A stretch of 64,000 nt of DNA from Chrysomallon squamiferum (GCA_012295275.1 CM022672.1:10292001-10356000), one strand, 5' to 3'; positions 46,273-61,297 are shown, numbered from the stretch's first letter. The notes: generated by a model from the letters alone, not told the origin. Translations and numbers: made by a program.

Positions 46273-46559
46273 GCAATATTAATAATAATAATTTTCTTTG
46301 TCTTCTTTCCCTTTTTTCGTTGTTGTTGTTGTTGTTTTAATTCATTCCTGCATTTGTTCATTAATATATCTGACTGCGCTTTTTTTTTTTTGTTTGTTCG
46401 TTTATTTTTCTCATTAGGTTCGTTTTTCCTTCTGATTATTCAAGCGATTTTTAATTAACTTCAAATGTCAATTTAATCGCTGCCTTGAACACGTCAATTT
46501 TTTCCATTTCAGTTCAGTCTTTTCATCAACTTTCTTATTATTCAAAAAAAAAAAACGGA

Positions 46560-47400
46560 GCTAAAAACGCAACCTTGTCCAAACAGCAGTCATGACAGGT
46601 AGAGGCTGCAGTCTGACATGTGGGTGTATTGTTTCGTTATCCTGTTCGTGTTTTCAATCCGTTTTAATCCCCAAAAGCACACAGTCGCCGTGTAATTTAA
46701 TTGGCAGCGACTTTAAACAATTCTGCTCGCCGGGTTCCTATTCAATGGAGTTATCGTCTGAGCAATTTTGTTGTCAGTTTCGGCCGGAAAGCCACTCTGC
46801 GTGGTAACATTCGTGAGTCGCGCGCCGCAAGTCATGCGTGACGCTGGTAAAGACATTTTCTGTCGAGAGCCGCTGGTATGAATTGAATGTAGCACGTATC
46901 GGATTACATACGAAAAAGCAAATCGAAGTAAGCCTAGTGTTATATATATATAACCCGGGGTAGTCTGTTAAACCCACCCGCCCGGTTTGCGGTTTTTCCG
47001 AGGCGAGAGCGCGCGCGCGCTCTTTTAAAACATCAAGCGAGAAAGACAAACAAATCTTGTACAGTCGGGTTCTAGGAAGTATCGCCTTGTTAAGACCTTG
47101 GCTACACAATATGGAAGGTGGTGGAGCGACCGCAGTTTGAAGTCGAAAAAAAAATAAAAAAAAAAAAACCTCGTCTCAAAATCAATCACGGTTATTTGAG
47201 CTACTCTCCCGCGGTCACGTATTCTTGTTATGCATTCTTGTGGAAAGTGTAAACGTGAGAGCCAAAGATCTTCAGCTTTATTTTTTATTTTTTATTTTTT
47301 TCTTATCGCCAATCACGTTCTTCTTTCTACTTTGTAATCTTCCCGAACGTAAATACGTGTAATTTGCTGGGTGTACGTATTCGTAACCACACGAAAACAG
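46560..47400. promoter_or_regulatory. CpG-rich island, candidate promoter or enhancer
   Basis: The densest CpG region in the window by eye. It contains palindromes gttatatatatataac (46939-46954) and agagcgcgcgcgcgctct (47006-47023), and a CCAAT box gccaatca near 47308. Confidence 0.45.
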
Positions 47401-49200
47401 TTGTTTAATCACAAAACATGAACTTAAACAAGCCGTCTTTTATTATTATGATTATTGTTATTATTATTGTTGTTGTTGGTGTTGTTGTTGTTGTTGTTGT
47501 TGTTGTTACTGTTGTTGTTGTTATTATTTATTGAGAAAGTTTCACTAGGTTTGATGGGGTGTAAAAATGATGTTAAAATGATCAGCGATTGAACTTTTTT
47601 TTTATTATTATTTTTTTTTAAATTTTAATTAAAAAGGACACTAAAATTTCAGTGTGTACGAAGTACAGTGTAATTTCGTTAAGTTACTAGTTATTATTAT
47701 TATTTTTTATTTTTTATTTTTTATTTTTAATTAAAAAGGACACTGCAATTTTAATGTCTTTGACATACAGTATAATTTCGTTAGAATAACCAATCATTAG
47801 GTTAACGTCCCATAATAACAGTGCTTAAAAAATAAAAGTAGATATAAAAATACAAGATTGCTCTTTTTCTGAAAAACAGATCCAAACACAACCCTGCGCG
47901 TACAGACATGATGTCTGTCAGTAAGTGTATCTGGCAGACAGACAGACCCAGGAATTATTCTTTTTCATCTAACGATTAATTATTAAAACTCTTCCCAAAC
48001 CGGTATTTACCGCTACTAAAAATTACATTGACTGAAACGTCAAAATGACAAATCATTCTAGTCCACTGAATTTATTCTTGTGTTTTCCTGATAAAAATGA
48101 AAGATTTTCATCAACAGAAGAAAAAAAAAAAGTTTATTTGATGTTTTTATAACATTCCACGTTTTCTACAACGAAGTTTAATTTTGACAAGTCTAGTACA
48201 CATCGTTAATTTAAATATTCCTTACGTTTTCGTGTTTATATTCATTTACTTTTACCTTTTAAAAATTATTCTTTAATTCTTCTCTCCTAAAAGTATATTA
48301 TGCATAGGTTTTGAGGCATCATTAATATTAATAATAACAACAACAACAATAATAGTAATAACAACAACAACAACAATAACAACAATACTAATAATAACAA
48401 GAAGAATTTAATGAAACTAGTAATAAAAATAACAAATAATAATAATAAAGCGGTATTAGTAGTAGTAGTAATAATAATAATAATAATGATGATGATGATG
48501 ATGATGATAATAATAATAATAATAATGATAATAATAATAATGATAATAATAATACTTCTATAATGATAATAATAGAAATTACTTAAAAGACATTTGTAAT
48601 ACAGAAAATCACAGCCACATAAATATATGTATATAAATCAGAGAACGAAAGTGTGAAATAAAAAACCCCAAATAAATACTAAAATAAATAAATAAATAAA
48701 TAAATAAAATATAAATAAAAAAATATAAATAAATAAATACTAAAATAAATAAATTAATGTAAATAAAATAAAACAAAATAAACAAAAAATAACAACAAAT
48801 AAATTAAAAAATAATATATAAATAAATAAATAAATTCTAAAATAAATAAAATAAATATAATAAAAAAAAAAAAAATAAAATAAAATAAAATAAAATAAAA
48901 AAAACAAATAAATAAATAAATAATCAAGAAAACAAAAAACAAAACAAAACAAAACTGAAATAAAATAAAATAAAATAAAAAAACATAAAATAAAATAATA
49001 AATTTTACCGAGTTGCTCTATGTTCATCATGTTATTTATGTAACGCTAGACATATTGATTTCACATAACTTTATAAATTAAATTTTTATTTTCTAAAGCC
49101 GTCGAAGAATCACGTGATCAGCTTCTCAACTTTTAGTTGAGTTTTTAGCAAGTTTTGACTGATATTTAGAAAGGTGCGCGGGATTTGGCTCTGTTAAAAC

Positions 49201-49256
<56 letters not shown>

Positions 49257-49498
49257 TTCGAATATTTATTTATTTATTTGTTTGTTTATTTATTTATCAT
49301 CATTATCACTGTTGTTATTATTATCATCATCATCAACATCATCATCATCATCATCATCGTTGACACATTTATTATTATTTATAATAATATAATCATCATT
49401 CATTATTACATTCCTTCATTTATTCTTGTGAAATTTCTTTAATATGGCTAACTGTTAGGACAAAAAATCTACTCAGATTTAGTTCCCATTCAAAATGG

Positions 49499-49586
<88 letters not shown>

Positions 49587-50642
49587 GTTTTCGTTATGTA
49601 TATTTTACTTGTCACAACTGTTAAAGTATGGCAGGGTAAAAATACTTGTTCGTGGGTTCATATTTGTCTTATTTTCCATATATAACTATGTACCTAAGCA
49701 TGAATTAATTTTTGTAAGAATATATGAATGAATGTATGAATGTATGATGGATTAATGAATGAATATATGTATGTATGTATGTGTATATATATATATGTAT
49801 GTATGTATATATGTACAGATGATGTATGTACATACTTAAGCAAATAAATTTTAAAATTAACAATACTAATAAGTTGCGTAATATAAATAATGAAACAAAA
49901 TTATAATAAATGATGTAAAATTAGAATAAATAATTAATAGATATTAATGTCGAGATTATTTAAGTGACCAATATTAATTTGCATGTCTCATTTTAATGTT
50001 CTTAAAGCATACTGGCTAAAAAAGAACAAATGGAAATATTCATAATTCTTCAAAAAAAATTTTTTTCTTAAATATATATATATAAGATTATATTTATCAG
50101 GTCATATGTACCAAACAGAGCTTAAGGCATCAGCAAGATATAAATCCATGAAACAAACATCTTTAATAATTACAGCGCTGTCTTCAATGTGTTTGTTATT
50201 GGAAATGGAAACCAAAATGATTTTTTTTTAAACAGCACGAAAGAAAAAAAAAAAAAATCTATGAAAAATCGACCAGTTGAGTATATTGGTCAAGGCTGTG
50301 TGAAAGATCAAAGTACACTGACGTTGTTTTATTTCTGGCAATGACGAACTGATGCGACACATACTCTCAAGTGCAGAGATATTGGTAGAACGCAGGCAGC
50401 TGTCAATATGAGGTATATTCACCTATTGTTTTGTAAGCTATAATGATTCCTTGTCAAACACAACACCAAGTTGCTGAGTCTATTGTTTTACACTATTGAA
50501 CGAGGGTATTTTGCAAATATTAGGTCTGCCAGAGTACTTTTTTTTTTTTTTTTTTTTTTTATCATCTATTAATATTACGTATATACTAAATACAGGCCAA
50601 AATATACAGTTATTTTATGTGTATCTATAATGAAACGTGTCT

Positions 50643-50675
<33 letters not shown>

Positions 50676-50763
50676 ACACACATACATTACGTTATAATTA
50701 CATTTTTGTAGAATTATACAGAAGAATAAATACACATACATACCTACATACATATATAAACAT

Positions 50764-50794
<31 letters not shown>

Positions 50795-51949
50795 CACACT
50801 AATAAGCTGCCATGTAACAACTATCACCCCTCTACAGTAAAAATGTTAATAATAATTCCCTTTAATTACTGGGAAAAAAAAATAATAATAATTATATCGA
50901 CATTTATATTCCATTAATGGACGTTATTTTCTCAAATATTTTCGTGACATACTAAAATGTACCAGTCTCGAGTTGTAAAACGTTTAATGACCTAGAGAAA
51001 GAAAAAACATTTCTGAACTTGTTCTGGTTTTAAATCGATCTAGTGCACTTGATACGGTATTTTTCTTCGCCAACATAGCTAGCGTCCCAAAAGCACTGAA
51101 AAAACACAAGACTCCGATTTTGTCAACAGAACGGCTGGAAGATTCTGAACACTGAATGCACCGCTGCTAAAAGTGACAGGAGTTGGGGGAGGGGAATAAA
51201 TAAATATACACACGGAGAAACTCGAATTCGATAGACAGCGAGAGAGTGCGTTCGTTATTGGAAAACGTCATCAGTTCAAGGTTTCGATGTTGCGTTGTGT
51301 TGGACTTTTCAAAGATGGTAGTAAAAAAAAAAATCACATATTTTAACGTTACGTCTCATCATAAAACAAAATTTCTTTTTAAAACTGTTCAAGTTAAACT
51401 GACTGGCCTTTATGTGCTGTTTGAACATTAGTTAAAAGATCTTGGTGGTTTAATTATGCACGAGAACCATAATATTGAATTCACAAAATGATAAAACTGA
51501 GAACGGGATATCTAGTTATTTGTAGTTGCGTTGTTCAGATAGGATTTTAGCGTAGTTCTCAATACGTGTGTCTGATTCATAGGCTGTCAAAATGATTACG
51601 TTAAGCTGTATAATTAATCACGATTCTAATGGTGTACTTTATTAGCCAATCGTCCAATATCAGTTCTGGTTGCAGATTTCATTGTTGTTTCTCTTTTGTT
51701 TTCTGAACTATTATCTTTTTTGCACGATGTTACCGCATTCCAGATATTTTATTATTATTATTTTTTTTTTTTTTTTCCCAGTGCTTTTCACAAGTGTGTT
51801 CAATTTCTGCCTCTATGAAAGAGTACTGATATGAGTCAGTGTTTTTAATTATCAGTTTCAAATTAACACGTGTTTTATCAGACTGTTCATTTAGCCCTAG
51901 TTGATGCATGAATATTCAATATTTTTATTGTAACGAGTGAGATGTCAGA

Positions 51950-52162
51950 TGTTTGGAGTGGTGACGTGTGTGTGGCGATAGCTCGTGCGTTTGTCTGACC
52001 TGATCTGTCCAACCCACAGGGCTTTTCCCGATCAAACCAGTACCACAAGACCATCATTAAAGACTATTCAAACGACTTTTTCCAAATAAAAGTACAAATA
52101 AAATATACTTTGATGTTAGTCTAAAAGAGTAACCCATAATAGGGCTGTTGCGTTTTTCATCG

Positions 52163-52198
<36 letters not shown>

Positions 52199-52260
52199 AA
52201 TTCACGTAATAACTGTTAAAATAAAATAGTTTTTGTCGCTAAAACTAAATTTTTTAAAAC
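51950..52260 (+). mobile_element. Old degenerate SINE-like relic
   Basis: Segments gggcttttcccgatcaaaccagtaccacaagac...aaaagagtaacccat...taactgttaaaataaaat...gtcgctaaaactaaa resemble, from recall only, an abundant gastropod tRNA-SINE body in the right order. No search was run. Confidence 0.4.
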
Positions 52261-53057
52261 ACTGGTAACTGGACGGTGAAGAAACTATATCGAGAAGCGT
52301 GTAAATTCCTGTGTAATCAACAGACTTTTGATAAGAGGTGAAAGACAAGGAATTTTGAAATAAAAGGTATATTTAGACCTGCGTGTGTGTTTTTTGCTAA
52401 GCCGAAAATACCTCTGATCACGTTTTGAGGAACACTTCGTTTGTTGACTCAAACTCTGCCTCGTATGACCCCAAACAGTCGACACATGACATAGCTACAG
52501 AGGAAACTCATAAAAAAAAAAAAAAAATCAATGGAGTTTAGTTCAATTCTGTTTTGGACAGAGCGATGAAAATTAAGAAAGATTCACACTGGAAAGAAAC
52601 ACTTTCATAAATAGATATATTTAAATTATAAATTGAGTGTAAGTAAGTAAGAAAATAAGAAGGTAAATAAAATAATAAATTTTTAAATAATAAAGGAAAA
52701 ACAAGAATATATATTTTTTTTAAAAAAAAAAAAATGGCTGGAAAGAGTTCATTCAACTTAAAGGCTAAAGTCGAAATAATAATAATAATAATAATAATAA
52801 TTATTATTATTATTATTATTATTATTATAACGATAACAATAACAATGTTTATGATGATGATAGTGATAATGATAATTATAATAACAATAACAGTAATAAA
52901 AATAATCTTGGGGATGATGATCATCATCATTATTTAAGAAGTGGAAGAATTAGAAGTAAAAAAGAAGAAATTTAGACATAACGGAACCTTGATATTTTAG
53001 TGCATTATTTACGATTTGTCCCAAGGGACAGTAAAAATGTATTTTTATTTTAAATTC

Positions 53058-53073
53058 AGCGCCCTCTGGTGGA
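53058..53073 (-). promoter_or_regulatory. CTCF consensus site (reverse orientation)
   Basis: agcgccctctggtgga is the reverse complement of TCCACCAGAGGGCGCT, an exact match to CCASYAGRKGGCRS, and sits in very AT-rich flanks. Confidence 0.7.
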
Positions 53074-53356
53074 GAACTCAGACATATTTGACTTTCTCGC
53101 TGAGCCAACAGTTACGGAACACAACTCAATACACACACCGATTTGTACACAAAGCGTCAAGTGCACTCAGTCTCTAATTCGATAATTTCCGCAAACAGTC
53201 GGCAATCCTCGTCAATAAAACACTGCTATGCATAATAATTTTAAAACTCGTAATGCAGGATTAGTCGGTATTATAAATAATAATACAATAATAATAATTT
53301 TTTTTAAAAATATATGATTTAAACGAATGAAACTTATTTCAAACTTTAACAAAAAG

Positions 53357-53400
<44 letters not shown>

Positions 53401-53919
53401 CTTTTAAAAATTGTATTTTTATTATTATTATTTGTTTTAATGGTAACTGATTATGCACCCGTAAAATTTCTTGTTATCTTTCGCGATAAATCAGACAATT
53501 AAAATTCGCGTCTTTATTTTTCTGTTAAATAATTTCCTTCTTCAGATGACGATCCCTTCAATTATTATCTTTAAAACAGAAATTATTTCTTGTCATCCCG
53601 CGATCCATTGATCGGCACTTTCAGGACCGAGTCGAGAAAACACAGAAAGTTTGAAAGAGATCATCAAGAGGTTTACACAAACTGAACATCTCGGCTGTCA
53701 GGATTTGTCATTAATCACGATCTGGTTGAGTAACAATGTTCAGATTTTAATCAAAGTAAACCACTTCTCACGTTTTACAGTCAGATCATTGGGTTACAGT
53801 TATCACACATTCATTTTAGTGTGAAGTTAGAATGATATGTTTGATTTTTTGATATTTTCAGTTTATTTAAAAAAAAAAAAAAACAAACAAGAAAAAACAA
53901 AAAAACAGTAATAAAATAC

Positions 53920-53950
<31 letters not shown>

Positions 53951-54073
53951 AAAATGATTATTCTTATTTATTTTGTTAGTGTTGTTTTTTATATATACCT
54001 TCCGGTGTTATTTTACAATGAAATATTATTAATGATGAGTGCATTTTCGGAAGACAATGATATAGAGAGATAC

Positions 54074-54195
<122 letters not shown>

Positions 54196-55677
54196 CAAGC
54201 CTTTCGACAACGTGGTCAGCATAGACATATCCTATGACGCTACGGCGCCAACATCAAACATAAAAAAAAGCCTGACGATTTATTTAGATCAATTAGCTAT
54301 TGTTATTTTTACTGTGATCTTTTGTACTGCACGGCAAGCTGAGATTTTCTGACATTCCTACCTTGAATAGGGGAAGTACCAACAGACGCTTTTCCTCTTT
54401 GTGGTCTGTCATAAAGATATTTGTACTGCGAACAATTAGCGTTTTGTAGTACTGGGGGATGTTCTTCTGATTATGTGGCGATTAGTTAATTAACGAGTCA
54501 CTCTGACGCATTTTTAAAATGTTCTTTGACAAAAAATGTTTTATTTTTTTATATAGAATTTTTTTTAAATATATTTTATTACTATTATTATTATTATTTA
54601 TTTATTTATTTATCTGTATTTTATTATTATTATTATTATTATTTCTTATTTTTTTTTGTATGGCATGACTAAAGTAGTTTTGGCATCATTTGAGTTAAGT
54701 TTCTTTTTATTTTCTGCATTATATTTATTATTATTATTATTATTAAATTTATTAAAATTATTTATTTATTTATTTATTTATTTTTATTATTATGATTTTG
54801 TTGTTTTATTAAATTTATTTATTTATTTATTTTGGACTTTTACTTTGTTGTTTTAAGAAAAAAACTACTTTTAGTGTCAGTTAATTAATTTATTACTATA
54901 TCTATTCATTCATTCGCCTATTTAACATCACATTCAAATCCATCAGTACGTTACTTTACATAATACCGTGCGTACGTTTGACTCAACCCACCTGTGTGCG
55001 TGTACCTCTCTGTTTGAGTGTTACACCTGCTCTGCTGTTCCTGTCCCGGTTTACTCAAATAATCCCCTGTCCATCCAAATATTTCCTCTTTACTCTTAAT
55101 CATAACCCACAAACACAGAGACAGTCGCATATTTACACCAAGCCCCCGCTCTTTGTCTTAGCAACAGAGTTAAACCTTAATAAAAATAATGATGATGATG
55201 ATGATGACGATGATAATGATGATGATGTCAAGAAGAAGAATTAACAAGAGTGTTAGAAGTCAAGCTGTCAAAATTAATAAAAATTAAGATGATGATGATG
55301 ATGATGAAGATGACAAAAAGAACGAGAAGAAATGATATAAAATTCCTATGGTAAAAATTTCTGTTTATATAAATTATGGTAATTTTTAAAATGAAATTTC
55401 TCAGTTTATGTCTTGTTTCATTATTCCCATCAAACTGTAATCTTCCTTCATGTCAAAATCATTGTAATATTGTTCTGGTATCAGTACGTTTGGTTGAACT
55501 ACAATCATAACAGAGTGGAAATTAATAAGTAATAATTATATTATTCTATATTCACAGTAATTATTATCCTTATTTTAGAGATTATTATATTTATTACTAT
55601 TGTTGTTGACGCTTATTAATATGTGGCTACAATTATTACGTTTACATATATTATTTTATAAATTAATAAATAAAAGG

Positions 55678-55718
<41 letters not shown>

Positions 55719-55808
55719 CTTAATTCAGTATCAAATAGAACCTAATTTAATTAACTGACTTTATTTTAGATCGTGGAACACACGCACTCACCTCCATACA
55801 CATACATA

Positions 55809-55937
<129 letters not shown>

Positions 55938-56156
55938 ACACAGACACACATGGACATACACCCCAAAAAAGCTTTAAAAATCTAAACGCTTAGGAATAAA
56001 AATTACAACTATTTCCTTTACCCTCGGGTTTACTTTTCCCGACCCCTCATTTTTTTCTCCGCCAGGCTTCCGTTACACTTACATACCTACATACTTCCTG
56101 TACCTGAAATAAAACCCCACACACAGACTGGACATCAAAGACTGGACACGTGAGGG

Positions 56157-56189
<33 letters not shown>

Positions 56190-57234
56190 CCACAACATCA
56201 CTACACCATTATATCTTCTCACCCCCTCTATCCCCTCTATTTTCGGAACTCCCCCACCCGCCAGTTTTTCCCTTTAAATAAATTAAAATTTAAACAAAAC
56301 TGTCTTCTTTCATCAGAGTATCCGCTTGTAGTAAGCCACTGGTACAAGCTTGTTGTGGGTAACGACTCCCCATTCACACCTGTGTCCCCGCCCAAGCTGT
56401 ATTATTGACACGTACTCTTCAGTGTTTGAACTGAAACAGAGCACAGACATCTTCCAGTTGTTGTTGTTTTTGTTTTTTTTACTTCTGTGAACTTCGTCCA
56501 GGGAGGTGATGGGAGGGGGTAGGGGGCGGGGGTGTTTTTAAGGACATTTATTTAAGCATTTCATTGTCTATAGGATTTTGGACTCTCTTTGTTTGTACAC
56601 GCTTTGAACTTTGGTGAAAGGGGGGAAATTAAATAGAGATAATGTTGCTTAATTTAAATTATATATATATAAGAATGGGAGTGTTTACTTATTTATTTAT
56701 TTATTTTTTTTTTTTTTTTTTTTTATAAAATTTTTTTTTATTTTATATTATATTATATTATATAATATTATATTATATATTATATTACATTATGTTACAT
56801 TATATTGTATTATATTATATTACGTTACATTACATTACATCACACTGCATTACATTACATTACATTACATTACATTACATTATATTATATTATATTAGGT
56901 TATATTATATTATATATTTATTTTAATTTTATTTAATTTATTTTTTATTTTAATTTTTTTATATTTTTATTTGCTGTACGCTGAGTACTACACTACACAT
57001 ATGATTGTTCTAAAACTATTACATCCCGAAATCAGGTCAGAGTAACCGATATTTTGTCTTACAACAACTTAATGACAGAATCAAGGACGAAGATTCTTTT
57101 TATCTCCAGTATAGATTCATTTTACTAATATTGATTGCTTTGTACGTCCAGCAGTGTTTTCAAAACAGCCGGTTATGTATGTGATATTATGAAGAATGTG
57201 TGACAGTTTGTGTGTGGGTGTCTATATGTATGTG

Positions 57235-57380
57235 TGTTTGTATGTATGTACGTACGTACGTATGTATGTACTTTAGGATTTTTAATATTCTCTGTCTTAT
57301 ATTAGACTCTTCACATAGACAATATTCGGGAATGCACTGGCGCAGGAGGACAAAGTCCAATCACGACCTCACAAACCCGT
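57235..57380 (-). mobile_element. SINE body fragment flanked by (TATG)n; same family as 37764-38222
   Basis: gacaatattcgggaatgcactggcgcaggaggacaaagtccaatcacgacctcacaaacccg matches both 37963-38006 and 37765-37783. Confidence 0.7.
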
Positions 57381-57406
57381 TATATGTATGTATGTATGAT
57401 TCTATG

Positions 57407-57438
<32 letters not shown>

Positions 57439-57816
57439 ATTCTATGTATATATGTAAGTATGTATGTATGTATGTATGTATGTATGATTCTATGTATATA
57501 TGTAAATATGTATGTATGTGTGTGTGTTTGTATGCATGTATGTGTGTGTATGTATTTATTTATATGTAGTTATATGTGTAGGTATGATGTGAGCATGTAA
57601 GTATATATGTGTATGTATAAGTGTGTGTTTTTGTGTATGTATGTATGTTTATATGAGTAATTTATGATTTGTGTTATCATCATCACCATTATTATAATTA
57701 TAGTTTAATATTATTAAAATCATCATCATCAGTAGTAGCAGTATTATTATAAGTGTTACTGGTATTATTAATTTTTTCTCTTCAGTACGTTAAAGCGATA
57801 GCTTTCTCATTAACCC

Positions 57817-57965
<149 letters not shown>

Positions 57966-59197
57966 CGAAATATGCATAATTACATATACCTGTGATCAAA
58001 ACATAAACTGCACACACAAATACAATTTCATATTTGTAAATATTTTGCTTTTTATTAATATTTCGTTATTTATTCCTTTCTTTCCTTTTCACAACGGGTT
58101 TTAGTTTTTATTTCTTATTTTCTTAAATCTAAATTTAAATAAATTTATAACACAACAAAAACAAATTTCAATGCCAACATTTTTTTTTAAACAAAAAAAA
58201 AAAAAAAAAAAAAAATTGTAACCGAAAATAGTTTTAAAAAAATTCAATGTCGCGATAAGGCATCTTCGACGAATCTACGTTTATTAAAAATGAAACTTCA
58301 GTATTAAACTTTAATCCTTCAAGCATGTGACATTGTTTGAGATAGTCGCTCGATAAACTGCGTGTAAACAAGCGAGCGAACATCTCTCTTTCACTTCAAA
58401 CAGCGACAGAGAACTCGGAGGAAGTGAACGGCCAGTGAGTTTAGACAAACAAAGCGGGGACAACACAGCCAACACTTTTATGTACGGTTCGTGTGTGAGT
58501 TTTTTTTTTTTTTTTCTTCTTCTTCTCTTAGTTTCGTATTCGCCGATGTTGACGCCGTAACCAGGTATCGCCAGCTCTGATTGGTCAGCAGGCTTTCAAG
58601 TGACAACACTTTCATGTGACTAAAGTATCTTTGCCAATCGACAGCGGTTTTGTTCTGTTCGCGGTTTACAATCGATTAGGTTCGCCTCTGAATTCAGTCT
58701 CTGGAGTTCGTTTTCACCTGGGTTTGGGGATTTTTTTAATAAAAAAAAAAAAAAAAAAAAAGAAAGATTTATTTATATATTTCTTGCTCACAACAATTAC
58801 ATTCGACATTTCAAGTGTTATCGGTGGACTAAAAGCGTGGAAAACTGATAAACATAATATAAAACAACATATATTATGTACTGAAGGAAAACAAAGCAAA
58901 ACAAATATTGAGAAATATTACAAGTGTTTTGTGATACAGTTGTGAATTTCTTTACTATATTCGGTTGTGATTAATTACTTTGAACAGGTAAGTAAAATGA
59001 TCAGATTGTAATTGTTCTTACCTGTGTGAAATATCTGCGTTATGCTTCAGGTAGGAAAGTAATTAATTACGACAACAAATTATATTTTATTTAAATAAAG
59101 TTTTATTCAAAGATAAATATGTTTAAAATGTTTGTGTTTTATCAAGTAAATTATTATTATTATTACTTCAATCACCACTACTACTACTACTACTTCC

Positions 59198-59229
<32 letters not shown>

Positions 59230-59487
59230 TATTACTACTACTACTGCTACAAAACTACTATTTCTACTTTTACTAGTATACTGCTACCAGTATTACTACT
59301 ATTACCATTACTGATATTGTTATTATTATTATTAGTGTTGTTACTACTACTTCTGCTGTTGCTGCTACTTCTGCTGCTACTACTACTACTACTACTACTA
59401 TGGTGTAATAGCGAAACAGAGTACTACTAAGCTACAACACTATTATTATCGTTACTGTTGCTGTAGCTGTTTTGTCATTGTTCTGAA

Positions 59488-59526
<39 letters not shown>

Positions 59527-59916
59527 CATCATCATCATCATTATTATTATCATCATCGTCAGTATTATTTTTTTCAGAGACCTATTTAATTTTTTTTTAT
59601 TATAGTTATTTCTTTTACATTCACTTTTTTCTTGTTTTTAAAAAAAAAAAAAAAAAAAAAAAAAGCAAAAACGAAAGAAATGATTTTTCTTATAAAATTA
59701 TAATCGCCATTATAAAACAGTACTTCAACAAAACTGAAAAATTATTCTGAAATATAATTCTAAATATTGCTAAATAAAACATCACCTTCGGCAAACACAC
59801 ACACGCACACACAAACACTCTTACGCACACACACAAACACATACTCTCATACACAAACACATACACACACACACACAAATACATATGTGTAATATTATTC
59901 CTCTCTGGCTCATTTT

Positions 59917-60625
59917 GATTTCTCACTTTCTCCTTTTTATTCTCTCAATTTTCAGTCTCTGATTTCTCACTTTCTCCTTTCTACATTCTCTTAAATCTCT
60001 GTCTTTGATTTCTCACTTTCTCCTTTCTACATTCTCTCAATTCTCAGTCTTTGATTTCTCACTTTCTCCTTTCTACATTCTCTTAAATCTCTGTCTTTGA
60101 TTTCTCACTTTCTCCTTTCTACATTCTCTCAATTCTCAGTCTTTGATTTCTCACTTTCTCCTTTCTACATTCTCTTAAATCTCTGTCTTTGATTTCTCAC
60201 TTTCTCCTTTCTACATTCTCTCAATTCTCAGTCTTTGATTTCTCACTTTCTCCTTTCTACATTCTCTTAAATCTCTGTCTTTGATTTCTCACTTTCTCCT
60301 TTCTACATTCTCTCAATTCTCAGTCTTTGATTTCTCACTTTCTCCTTTCTACATTCTCTTAAATCTCTGTCTTTGATTTCTCACTTTCTCCTTTCTACAT
60401 TCTCTCAATTCTCAGTCTTTGATTTCTCACTTTCTCCTTTCTATATTCTCTTAAATCTCTGTCTCTGACTTCTCAATTTCTTCTTTCCACTCTCTCAATT
60501 CTCAGTCTTTGATTTCTTTTTTTTTTCCTTTCTACTCTCTCTCAATTCTCACTCTGATTTCTCACTTTCTCCTTTCTACATTCTCTTAATTCTCTGTCTT
60601 TGATTTCTCTTTCTTCTTTCTACTC
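59917..60625 (+). repeat. 46-bp minisatellite with strict A/B alternation (92-bp higher-order unit), ~15 monomers
   Basis: A = gatttctcactttctcctttctacattctcttaaatctctgtcttt at 59961, 60053, 60145, 60237, 60329 and 60421. B ends ...ttctctcaattctcagtcttt at 60007, 60099, 60191, 60283 and 60375. The ends are degenerate. Confidence 0.95.
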
Positions 60626-60780
60626 TCTCTCAGTTCTTTTCTGCTTTCTTTCTCCTCTTTTCCGCTCTCTTACTTCAGTCTCTCCTCTTCTCTTTCCTTC
60701 TCCATTAACGTCTTCTCTCTCCCTCCGTCTCTCCCTCTCTCTCTCTCTGTTTCTCTCTCTCTCTCTGTCTCTCTCTCTCT

Positions 60781-61297
<517 letters not shown>

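Noticed and set aside
47628-47785. Two diverged ~55-bp copies (aattaaaaaggacact...tacagt.taatttcgtta)
   Set aside because: Real, but an ordinary small tandem duplication with no evidence of function.
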